A stretch of 64,000 nucleotides of DNA from positions 1-64,000 of the IMG/VR virus record IMGVR_UViG_3300020187_000012; one strand, written 5' to 3'. The translations under genes were made by a program, and so were the position numbers. This document shows, piece by piece, positions 55,548 through 64,000 of the stretch. Every line of letters starts with the position of its first letter. Position 1 is the stretch's first letter. Under the pieces are notes generated by a model. The model ran no database searches, was not told where the DNA came from, and saw only the letters and a program-made list of their open reading frames with translations. The stretch is from an uncultured virus (IMG/VR IMGVR_UViG_3300020187_000012) (Duplodnaviria; Heunggongvirae; Uroviricota; Caudoviricetes).

Positions 55548-57716
55548 ATGGCACAATCGTCAAAATATGCAAGATTAGACCAAGACGTTTTACTAGAGTT
55601 TATCTATCATGATCAAACTGTAGCAACGCTACCTAATTATCAAATTGAAATTGATGATAATGGGTCACATCCACTTGCTTTAAATACAACTGCGAGTGCG
55701 TCTGACAGTAGACATCTTATTCATGAATTAGGTGCAGCTGTAGTTAATTTTGATGTAACTGAAAGTGGCGCTTATGTTTTAATTGAAAACTTTGCCGCAA
55801 GAACTTTAACACTTGCAAACGGTAAGACTTATAAATTTAATGTTTCAGCACTTACAACGCCGGGTGACTTTATTATTAAAGATGTTACAGGAAATCAATT
55901 AGGTACATTAGTTTCTACAACATATACAATAACACCAACTACAAACGGTCAATATACTTATGAGTATTCTGATTTAATCGGTGGTAAAATAACTGTTCAA
56001 AATACAGCTAATCCTTTATATGCTACAGCAGATGAAGAAACGGGTAATGATATTAAGACGGGTGCCGGGTCACCTGGTAGATATCAAGCTGTTTTAATTG
56101 ACGCTGAACAGGGTTCAAAATATGCGCTTTTAGATTCAACTAATAATTACATTGATAATAAAGTAGATTGGACAGGTTCAACTTCAACAACAATTGATAA
56201 AGCAGATGCTGTTGATATTTCATTAGGTACTATAACTTACGATACTGTTAGATTACATTTAAAATCTGGTTACGATTTTTCATCTAGGGGTTATGACGGC
56301 TTCTTATTTCAAGTTGCAGCTTCTAGAGTTTCTGGAGTTAAAAACTATTTAACATCAATAGTATACTTAAATACTTCATCATTTGAAATACAAAACTCAA
56401 AGCCTTTTATTTTAGGTGAGACGATGTATTCTAAATTTATTGAGATTAAAGTTCCAGCACTTGCTAATATGGATCCAGACTTTGACAACTGGTTCTTTGG
56501 TACTGGTTCAGATGCTGTAAATCCTTTGTCAAATTATGAAGTTTCATTTAAACTAATTAGTGATACGCAAGTTGATTCAGGGTTTGAATATATTAATACA
56601 GCAGAAGAAGTTCAGATTACGGTTCCACGTGAGGATGAATATCAAGATATCGCAGCTGTTATTGAAGAGGCGCCTGATGGTGACTTCTTTAATCTATTTG
56701 CAACTAAAGATGGTTCAATAGTTTCCTTCGATACTTACATAACAAATAGACTACAAACATCAAGTGATGATATTACAGTATTTTATGACATTGTTGTTTA
56801 TGAACAAATTCAAACGTTCTTTAATAAGTCTTATGAAATGTCAATGTCAAAAAATAGTAATTTTGACCAAGCAATTCCATTTAGACCAGTCATTACAAAT
56901 TCAGCAACAGCAACCGCATACAATATTGACTTATCTATTAGAATATACAACGAGACCAATAATACTCAAATTGTTAAAAAGGCATCATATACATCATACA
57001 ATGTTGGAAAGTATGGTAAGCGTTTAAGAAATATTAATCTACCTGCAAGTAATCAAATACTTAAGGTTTATAATACGTTGCCTAATGTACTAGAGAATAA
57101 TCAGATTATTCAAAACATGTCAACACTTCCAAATAACCAAACTAGATTTGTACCTTCATTTATTGAAAGAACAAATATTGTTACAGGTTCAACTAGTGTA
57201 AATATTGTTGATAATGAAGCTGTTGATAATTCTGAAATAACGTTCTTTGCGGACGGCGAAAGCAGTTTAACACTATCACCATTTGATAATTATCTTAAAT
57301 TTAAGATTGCCAAAAAAGATGGTGATGATTATTTAAACATTGGTCTAGAATCAGTTCAACGTGTATTATTAAATTTTGGTAATATTCAAATTGAAAACTC
57401 ACTTAACTATGCTAACGTTGAATTAGCTGAAGGTGAAATTATGTTTAGAATTGATGAAAGTGCAATGAATTCAATTGCAAAAGAAGATGACAGGGTTTAT
57501 ATGTTGTCTATTTATAATGGCACTGATAAAACGCTTATACACCATGGTACATATGATATCATAGGTAATAATACTATTAAGGTAATAAAAAGAATAGTAA
57601 CTGAAGTTGCAGATAATAGTATAACTACAGTGGTCAAAAATAAGCAAGCACCTGGAAGTTCTAGAACTAATTTAAAAAGTGGTTTAGGTAGAATAAATAC
57701 GGTTGGACCTAGATAA
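55548..57716 (+). CDS. Putative structural protein
   Basis: 722-aa beta-rich ORF in the late operon. Confidence 0.5.
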   Translation: MAQSSKYARLDQDVLLEFIYHDQTVATLPNYQIEIDDNGSHPLALNTTASASDSRHLIHELGAAVVNFDVTESGAYVLIENFAARTLTLANGKTYKFNVSALTTPGDFIIKDVTGNQLGTLVSTTYTITPTTNGQYTYEYSDLIGGKITVQNTANPLYATADEETGNDIKTGAGSPGRYQAVLIDAEQGSKYALLDSTNNYIDNKVDWTGSTSTTIDKADAVDISLGTITYDTVRLHLKSGYDFSSRGYDGFLFQVAASRVSGVKNYLTSIVYLNTSSFEIQNSKPFILGETMYSKFIEIKVPALANMDPDFDNWFFGTGSDAVNPLSNYEVSFKLISDTQVDSGFEYINTAEEVQITVPREDEYQDIAAVIEEAPDGDFFNLFATKDGSIVSFDTYITNRLQTSSDDITVFYDIVVYEQIQTFFNKSYEMSMSKNSNFDQAIPFRPVITNSATATAYNIDLSIRIYNETNNTQIVKKASYTSYNVGKYGKRLRNINLPASNQILKVYNTLPNVLENNQIIQNMSTLPNNQTRFVPSFIERTNIVTGSTSVNIVDNEAVDNSEITFFADGESSLTLSPFDNYLKFKIAKKDGDDYLNIGLESVQRVLLNFGNIQIENSLNYANVELAEGEIMFRIDESAMNSIAKEDDRVYMLSIYNGTDKTLIHHGTYDIIGNNTIKVIKRIVTEVADNSITTVVKNKQAPGSSRTNLKSGLGRINTVGPR

Positions 57717-57726
57717 TTAAATTGAT

Positions 57727-58278
57727 ATGATACTAAACAGTAGAAGTAATTTATTTAATTTTAAGTTTCCTAAGAATTTTATACCTAAAGAGGTTGCTGA
57801 CAAATATAAGCCATACCTTAATAGAATGCCGGGTAACATTATTGAAGAACCTATAGATTTTATTAACTATACGATTCAAGGCATTAATATACCAGGTGTT
57901 TCTTTTACACCATCTGAACAAAATTTTAATGATGGTACAACTAAATTTACTAGAGGTTATATACCAATACAAAATTTAGTTAATAGAGAATTAACAATTA
58001 AAATGCAGTTACTCGATGGCTTTATAAATTATTGGATTTTAACAGACACTTTACTATATCATTATAATAAAGATAATACTAAACCTTTTGTTGATGATTT
58101 AAAATTACAATTGTTAGATGCTGAGGGTATTCACGTAATGTCCGTTGTTTTTGAAAAACCAATTATGAATTCTATTTCAGAACTTGATTTAAACATGGCT
58201 GAAAACGTAGCAGACTTTTCAACAATTGATATTTCTTTCTTTTATAATAAGTTTAATCTGATAAATGAAATAGACTGA
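57727..58278 (+). CDS. Tail tube terminator gp3-like / tube-fold protein
   Basis: NYTIQGINIPGVSF, ELTIKMQL, NYW pattern. Confidence 0.6.
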   Translation: MILNSRSNLFNFKFPKNFIPKEVADKYKPYLNRMPGNIIEEPIDFINYTIQGINIPGVSFTPSEQNFNDGTTKFTRGYIPIQNLVNRELTIKMQLLDGFINYWILTDTLLYHYNKDNTKPFVDDLKLQLLDAEGIHVMSVVFEKPIMNSISELDLNMAENVADFSTIDISFFYNKFNLINEID

Positions 58279-58288
58279 TATATACAAT

Positions 58289-58657
58289 ATGAAAACATTT
58301 TTAACATACTTAGAAGAGCAAAATGTCACAGAGGCTGATATCAATGCTATTAACGAATCTTTAAATCAAGAGTGGACACCAGAGCTTGAAGAAAGAATTG
58401 ATGAAGCTGTTGATGCTTTTTTAATAGAGTATACAAATGAAGATGGTACTTACAATATTGATAAACTTAACAATGAAATTACTAATGAAGGTTTATTAGG
58501 TTCTATTATAGGTGGTCTTACAGGGTTTGCTTTAGGTAAATCAGTTGGTAAGATTGTCGCTAAAGTACTGGGTATTGAAAAAGGCGTGTTCTATGATTTA
58601 TTAACTTCTAGATTAGTAGGTGCTGCGTTAGGTGCTTCACTGGGTAAAAAACTTTAA
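58289..58657 (+). CDS. Putative internal head protein with glycine-zipper membrane helices
   Basis: MKTFLTYLEE; EGLLGSIIGGLTGFALG; LVGAALGASLG. Confidence 0.6.
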   Translation: MKTFLTYLEEQNVTEADINAINESLNQEWTPELEERIDEAVDAFLIEYTNEDGTYNIDKLNNEITNEGLLGSIIGGLTGFALGKSVGKIVAKVLGIEKGVFYDLLTSRLVGAALGASLGKKL

Positions 58658-58658
58658 T

Positions 58659-59276
58659 TTGAATTTAATAGCAATCGATTATTCGATCAACTCACCGGGT
58701 ATCTGTATTTTAAAAGAGGGACAGCCTTATTATATTTCTTATATTAAACCCAAATCCGGAACAAAGAAACAACAAGCTCTACAAGAGGAGATGAATCTTC
58801 TTAATGATGTTACTTTAGTAAATCAACCTGAGCCTAATGTTGATAAGCAAGAAATGACTCGAGTCCTTAGACATCGTGCAATTGCTGAAGGTATATGCAA
58901 TTTAATTGCAGAACATACGAATACAGATGAAGAATATAAAATCTATTTTGAAGGTTCTTCTTACGGGACCTCAAGATTTGGTACAAACTCACTTATTGAT
59001 TTAGCTTCAGCATCTTCAATCTTGAAATCTTATTTGATTGATCGTTTTAATGTTACTGTACTTGAAGTTTACGCCCCTACAACAATAAAGAAACATGCTG
59101 GTAAAGGTAATATGAGTAAGATGCAAATGTGGGATGTTTACATAAATGATGAGTCTAATCGTGAGTCAGGTCTTTGGAACTTTTGTCAAGAATTCAAAGA
59201 AGATAAAAAGATTATGAAACCCTTAGATGACCTTGTTGATGCTTATTTTATCATGTCTTATGTAAGGTCACTTTAA
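58659..59276 (+). CDS. RuvC-like Holliday junction resolvase
   Basis: IAIDYSINSPG, FEGSSY, PTTIKK.AGKGN..K, DDLVDA; TTG start at 58659. Confidence 0.8.
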   Translation: MNLIAIDYSINSPGICILKEGQPYYISYIKPKSGTKKQQALQEEMNLLNDVTLVNQPEPNVDKQEMTRVLRHRAIAEGICNLIAEHTNTDEEYKIYFEGSSYGTSRFGTNSLIDLASASSILKSYLIDRFNVTVLEVYAPTTIKKHAGKGNMSKMQMWDVYINDESNRESGLWNFCQEFKEDKKIMKPLDDLVDAYFIMSYVRSL

Positions 59277-59417
59277 ATTGTATTTTACCCTCAGGCATAA
59301 AACCATAACTTATATGAAGGTATTGGGGGTTTTGTTTCATTTATGGTTAAAAATATTTAAAAATAATAAAGTAGTATGTTATTATGAAACAAAAACAAAT
59401 AGTTTTATATAATATGT

Positions 59418-59600
59418 ATGAAAAGAGAAGGACTAACACCAAGTCAATTAATGGAGCTAAGTAGAATTGTTGAATCAATGGTTAATCTTAATAAGATAAC
59501 TAAAGAGGAGGGAAATCTATTTCTAGAAAAGGCAGGACTAACCGTACAATCAGATAATGAATGGATTGATACAGTTGGAACAGTTTATACTTTTCTATAA
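59418..59600 (+). CDS. Hypothetical protein
   Basis: 60-aa ORF right after a class II promoter. Confidence 0.55.
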   Translation: MKREGLTPSQLMELSRIVESMVNLNKITKEEGNLFLEKAGLTVQSDNEWIDTVGTVYTFL

Positions 59601-59706
59601 GACAAACTATTTTTGAAACCTTTTTAAAAATAGGTATATAATAGAAGTTAATTAGGTAATTAACAGTATTTAAAGTTTAACAAATTAAAGAATTATTAAA
59701 GAAAAC

Positions 59707-60624
59707 ATGGCAGATTTTGACATTTTCAATTTGAGCGTCAACGACGTTGAAACTCACAAAGCAGCAGCATCAAACACAAATGATGTAATCTACAAACCAT
59801 CAGCTGACGATGGTAAAGACGGTACTTACAAAGCACTTATTCGCTTCGTACCAAATCCAGAAAACCCACGCAAATCATTAGTACGTAAGTATGTACACTG
59901 GTTGACTGACCCTTCAGGTTCAGGTAGACTAATTGATTCTCCAACTTCGGTAGGTGAAGCGTGTCCTATTCAAGACGCATTCTTCCGTCTACGTAAGTCT
60001 GATTCAGCAGTTGACCGTAAGATGAGTGATAAGCTTAAGCGTCGTGAACAGTACTACTCTTTGATTAAAATTATCAAAGACCCTCAAAATCCTTCAATGG
60101 AAGGCCAGTACATGATTTTCAAATTTGGTTATAAAATCAAAGAGAAAATCGACGAAGAACTTTCACCAGCATTTGGTGACCCAACACAAGTGTTTGACTT
60201 GTTTGAGGGTAAAAACTTCGAGTTGATTATCACACGTCAAGGTGAGTACAACAACTACGATAAATCAAAGTTCTCAGCTTCAACTTCAGCGGTTATGATT
60301 GGTGATTCACCAGCAGAGCGTACGCCTGATTCAATGCAAGCTATCAAAACTGAACTAGATACTGCACCTTCATTGTCAGTATATGAGTACAAACCATGGG
60401 ACGACGCGCAACGCGATTTTGTAAACCAGGTTTTAGGTCAGTACATCTCAAATCCAGGTCGCCCAATGGCTAAGGTTTCAACACCTGCACCAAAAGCGGC
60501 AGCTCCAGCAGCAACAACTGAATCATTTGATTTAGATAATGTTAACGCAACACCTAGTGGGAGTACGGAAACTGTAAGTAGTGATGATGACCTTGACTCA
60601 TTTCTAGATGGCCTCGATATCTAA
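59707..60624 (+). CDS. ssDNA-binding protein, T4 gp32-like
   Basis: ALIRFVP, CPI, FKFGYKI, FDLFEGKNF, NYDKSKF, acidic tail DDDLDSFLDGL. Confidence 0.88.
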   Translation: MADFDIFNLSVNDVETHKAAASNTNDVIYKPSADDGKDGTYKALIRFVPNPENPRKSLVRKYVHWLTDPSGSGRLIDSPTSVGEACPIQDAFFRLRKSDSAVDRKMSDKLKRREQYYSLIKIIKDPQNPSMEGQYMIFKFGYKIKEKIDEELSPAFGDPTQVFDLFEGKNFELIITRQGEYNNYDKSKFSASTSAVMIGDSPAERTPDSMQAIKTELDTAPSLSVYEYKPWDDAQRDFVNQVLGQYISNPGRPMAKVSTPAPKAAAPAATTESFDLDNVNATPSGSTETVSSDDDLDSFLDGLDI

Positions 60625-61684
60625 TCTTACCGAGGAACTTAAAAGTAAAATTAAAAGCTTAGTAAAAGAGGTGGCTGTGCGTGAGCACGGTCACCCTTCT
60701 AAGCAAATGATAAAAGATATGCCTGGTAGAATTACTTTGGCATGTCCTTATTGTGGTGATTCTACTAAAGATGTTTTAGCCAAAAGATGTAACCTTTATT
60801 GGGATACTCTTCAATTTCATTGTTATAATTGTAGTGAGCATGGTGACCTTAATAAATTATTAAGAGACCACGATTTACGTTTACGTCACGGAGATGATTC
60901 AATTACTGTTATTGAATACATTAAAAACCGTAAGACTGAAGTAAAAGAGATTGAAACAATGAAGCACGGTATTTATGTGAAAGCACATGAAGCCGCGATT
61001 TCAGTTGCAGATTTTAAAAAACATTTTGGTGCACAATCAATTGAAGTTGGTGATTTTGCCTGGTTCTATTTGAAGGGTAGGGCGCTTCACAATAAATCTG
61101 ATGAATTTCTTTATTCGCCGTTTGGTCAGAATCTTTGGATTCTAAATAAAACACCCGATGGTAAAATAATGGGTTGTCAAAGTAGAAAGCTTGGTAAGTA
61201 TAAATCAAGATACTTAACTTACGACATGGGTAAACTCTATGGTGAAATGAACCGCGAGTTCCCATTTGAAGGCGATGAATTAATATCGGTTAATAAGATG
61301 TCAACACTCTTTAATATTATGAGAGTTGATATGACACGACCGGTAACTTTATTTGAAGGGCCACTTGATGCAATGTTTATGTCAAATTCAATGGCATTGG
61401 CAACAGCGGGCCGTTCAACTACAGAGCTTGATGAGATTCCGACCACCAGATACATGTTTGATAATGATGAGACTGGTAAAAAGAAGATGATTGAGAAATT
61501 AAAGAGGGGTAAATCTGTATTTATGTGGTCTAAATTTATGAAGGAAAATGGACTGAATATATATGTAGAGGACATAAAAGACTTGAATGATTTAGTTATG
61601 AAATGCTATGAACTTAAGTCACCAGCCCTAAAAAATATAGGCAATTATTTTACAAACTCTAAATTAGATGCTTTGTACATATGA
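60608..61684 (+). CDS. DNA primase, T4 gp61-like
   Basis: CPYCGDS...HCYNC zinc finger; TOPRIM EGPLDAMF and FDND; KDLND. Confidence 0.9.
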   Translation: MASISNLTEELKSKIKSLVKEVAVREHGHPSKQMIKDMPGRITLACPYCGDSTKDVLAKRCNLYWDTLQFHCYNCSEHGDLNKLLRDHDLRLRHGDDSITVIEYIKNRKTEVKEIETMKHGIYVKAHEAAISVADFKKHFGAQSIEVGDFAWFYLKGRALHNKSDEFLYSPFGQNLWILNKTPDGKIMGCQSRKLGKYKSRYLTYDMGKLYGEMNREFPFEGDELISVNKMSTLFNIMRVDMTRPVTLFEGPLDAMFMSNSMALATAGRSTTELDEIPTTRYMFDNDETGKKKMIEKLKRGKSVFMWSKFMKENGLNIYVEDIKDLNDLVMKCYELKSPALKNIGNYFTNSKLDALYI

Positions 61685-61893
61685 TTGATTTTGAACTAAT
61701 GATTGAAGAAGAATTTGATGAATTTTACCAAGAAAGTAAAAGACATAAAAATTTAAAGATGCTTATAGAATTTGAAGGACTTGATACACAATACAATAGC
61801 AAGGAGTTTAAACTTGATAAGCCAAAAATGAAAAAGAAATTAACAGCTAATAAGTGGATTCCAAAATCCAACAATAAATCCCAATTGTTTTAA
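61681..61893 (+). CDS. Hypothetical protein
   Basis: Coupled ORF. Confidence 0.6.
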   Translation: MIDFELMIEEEFDEFYQESKRHKNLKMLIEFEGLDTQYNSKEFKLDKPKMKKKLTANKWIPKSNNKSQLF

Positions 61894-62318
61894 TGTCAAC
61901 TGAAAATAAAGTTATAAAGATAGATACTTATTTAAACGAGCAACGTCAAGAGTGGACCCAAAAGATTCGTGAACTGGCTAAATGTTTTAAAGAGGTTGAT
62001 ATGTTGAATCAGGCAATGGTAGAGATTCCGTCTTATAGGCAGATTATTATTGAGCAGATTGCACAACTTAACATTAAGATTAAACAACAGGAGGGTAAGC
62101 TGTCAAAAACCTACAAAAACTCGTACATCAAGTATTTTGAGTACGATTATAAATTAACAGACAAACAAAAGGAATCATTTTTAAAAGCTGATATGTCAGA
62201 CGATAATATGATTTTAGGTTTGTTGACTACGCAGATGGATTTTTTGCGTGAATCGGTAAAGACTCTGGATAATATGAGCTGGGCCGTTCGTAATAAGCTG
62301 CAATTACAGGGGCTGTAA
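61893..62318 (+). CDS. uvsY: UvsY-like recombination mediator
   Basis: Helical ~140-aa protein upstream of UvsW; FL.AD, FLRE..K.L.N.SW.VRN. Confidence 0.6.
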   Translation: MSTENKVIKIDTYLNEQRQEWTQKIRELAKCFKEVDMLNQAMVEIPSYRQIIIEQIAQLNIKIKQQEGKLSKTYKNSYIKYFEYDYKLTDKQKESFLKADMSDDNMILGLLTTQMDFLRESVKTLDNMSWAVRNKLQLQGL

Positions 62319-62344
62319 CGAAAATAAAAAAGTTTCATTTATGA

Positions 62345-63859
62345 ATGGAGCTAACGTTAACTGAAGATAATCAGTTTTTAAGAATCGATGTTGCCACTGA
62401 ACTAGAATTAGAACAGTTAAACATTTCGCTTACAAGAAGAATAGACGCATGGCGGTTCAATCCTTTGGTTAAAAAAGGGATATGGGACGGCTATGTTTCT
62501 TATGTAAAAGATGATAAATGGATCCCTGCTGGTTTATGGCAAGAGGTCACGAAAGTCTGTAAACAATATAAATTCGATATAAAAATTCACGGTGTTACTA
62601 GGCTTTTTGATAAGAATATTTCAGCGGAGGGTTTTGAAGAATGGGCTAATGAGTTTTTTGAGGGGCATCCTGATGGTATTAAACCAAGGGACTATCAAAT
62701 TGAAGCGGCTTATAATATTTTAAAGTTTAGGAGGTCGCTTTCTGAATTAGCAACATCTGCTGGTAAAACACTTATTTCATTTTTAACAGTTGCTTACATG
62801 CTTGAAAAAGAGAAGGCTAAGAAGATTCTATTTATTGTACCTAACGTATCACTTGTTGTTCAGGCGTCTGAGGACTTTAGTGAATACAATCATGAAAATA
62901 GAGTTAAGATTCTTATTCAACAAATATATTCTGGTCAAAAGATTAAAGAAAACCGTAATATTGTTATTGGTACATATCAATCACTTGTTAAAAAACCTAA
63001 AGAATTCTTTGATGATTTTGAAGCTGTAATTGTTGATGAGACACATAAAGCTAAATCAAATTCAATTAAAACAATCTTACAGAAGTGTAGACATGCTACA
63101 TATAAATATGGGTTATCGGGTACAATACCTAAAGAAAATTCATTAGATAAGTTAACACTAATGTCACAGACTGGTCCTCTGATTACTGAGGTTAAAGCCG
63201 CATTCCTTCAAAAGGAGGGTCACATTGCTGGTTGTAATGTTAATATTATTGAAATGGATTACGCACCTGAATCAGCTAAAGAAGCCTTTATGGAATTAGC
63301 GACAAATAGGTATGAGTCAAAAGATGTTTTTCCATTAGAACAAAATTATGTTATTAACTCGCCGGGTAGATTAAACTTTGTTACTAAAGTTATTTCAAGA
63401 ATACCAAATAATTCATTGGTTCTATTTCACAGGATTGAACATGGTAAAAGACTTTATGAAGAATTAAGGCAGCGTTCAAATAAGCGTGTGTATTATGTTG
63501 ACGGTGGTACAAATACAGATATCCGTGAAGAGTATAAAGCAAAAATGGAAGCCGGTGATGAGGTTGTTATCGTTGCATCATATGGTACTTTTTCAACCGG
63601 TATTTCTATTAAAAAAATACATAACATTTTCTTTACAGAATCCTTCAAGTCTGAAGTGATAATTAGACAGTCAATTGGTAGGGGTTTAAGGCAACATGAA
63701 TCTAAAGATTCTGTTAATATAATAGACTTTGTTGATGACCTTCGATTTGATGAATGGCATAACTATTTATATAGACATGGTGTTGCTAGAAAGAAGATAT
63801 ACAAGCAAGAAAAGTTCAGTTATAAAGTCAAAAAAGTTAAATTTGAAGGAGATATATAA
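62345..63859 (+). CDS. uvsW: UvsW-like SF2 helicase
   Basis: PRDYQ, ATSAGKT, VDETH, GLSGT, SYGTFSTGISIK, QSIGRGLR. Confidence 0.92.
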   Translation: MELTLTEDNQFLRIDVATELELEQLNISLTRRIDAWRFNPLVKKGIWDGYVSYVKDDKWIPAGLWQEVTKVCKQYKFDIKIHGVTRLFDKNISAEGFEEWANEFFEGHPDGIKPRDYQIEAAYNILKFRRSLSELATSAGKTLISFLTVAYMLEKEKAKKILFIVPNVSLVVQASEDFSEYNHENRVKILIQQIYSGQKIKENRNIVIGTYQSLVKKPKEFFDDFEAVIVDETHKAKSNSIKTILQKCRHATYKYGLSGTIPKENSLDKLTLMSQTGPLITEVKAAFLQKEGHIAGCNVNIIEMDYAPESAKEAFMELATNRYESKDVFPLEQNYVINSPGRLNFVTKVISRIPNNSLVLFHRIEHGKRLYEELRQRSNKRVYYVDGGTNTDIREEYKAKMEAGDEVVIVASYGTFSTGISIKKIHNIFFTESFKSEVIIRQSIGRGLRQHESKDSVNIIDFVDDLRFDEWHNYLYRHGVARKKIYKQEKFSYKVKKVKFEGDI

Positions 63860-63900
63860 CAATAAGATATAATACTATCAAAATAAAACATTATAATATA

Positions 63901-64000
63901 ATGAAAAAGATTGAATCATTTAAAAGTTTTTCTCAATTACAAAATGAAATCAGAGAAGAGGCTAGATTAAAAGAAGTTGCATCTAAAAGAGACGCTACAG
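63901..64000 (+). CDS. Partial CDS running off the window, CTS-like N-terminus
   Basis: MKKIESFKSFSQLQNE... after GATATATA at 63851. Confidence 0.6.
   Translation, partial: MKKIESFKSFSQLQNEIREEARLKEVASKRDAT

Noticed and set aside
58632..59276. RuvC-fold protein as a Cas12/TnpB or transposase
   Set aside because: Only about 205 aa with resolvase-type motifs, in a replication gene context, with no Zn ribbon, IS ends or array
7621..62338. Numerous minus-strand ORFs of 60-170 aa opposite long plus-strand genes
   Set aside because: Shadow ORFs from codon bias; no motifs, leaders or promoters support them
27393..63859. Introns, inteins or homing endonucleases in core genes
   Set aside because: Primase, UvsW, gp32 and the baseplate genes are uninterrupted and of expected size; no intein or HNH/GIY-YIG/LAGLIDADG motifs were recognised
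1..64000. Stop-codon reassignment as seen in some Bacteroidetes phages
   Set aside because: Long genes are intact in the standard code, and TAG (35768, 54770) and TGA end genes at sensible positions

Overview
This window is 64 kb of an AT-rich, T4-like (myovirus) jumbo-type phage genome. The host is most likely Bacteroidetes, because genes lack Shine-Dalgarno sites and have A-rich leaders, the early promoters resemble the Bacteroidetes -7 box, and a bS1 homolog carries an 'FDWD.YE' N-terminus. Left to right it contains: (1) 0.1-5.3 kb, a divergent array of mostly one-gene cassettes, each headed by a near-identical 50-95 bp promoter/stem-loop repeat and ending in a RadA/Sms-like ATPase; (2) 5.3-7.0 kb, a hairpin- and repeat-rich, largely non-coding zone; (3) 7-20 kb, metabolism and host-takeover genes (SNase-like nuclease, LOG, YkuK-like RNase H fold, N-domain-less ClpC plus ClpP, a thymidylate-synthase-family enzyme with the cytosine-type Asp, an adenine MTase, a DUF932-like protein, an ArfA-like peptide, a deoxynucleotidase, UvsE); (4) 20-24 kb, late proteins sharing a T4 capsid-targeting-like N-terminus; (5) 27-58 kb, baseplate/neck/tail genes interrupted by a ribosomal protein S1 homolog and an amidoligase; (6) 58-64 kb, RuvC-like resolvase, gp32 SSB, primase, UvsY and UvsW. 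Three recurrent promoter classes can be read directly from the DNA. All protein assignments come from motif recognition by eye; no searches were run.
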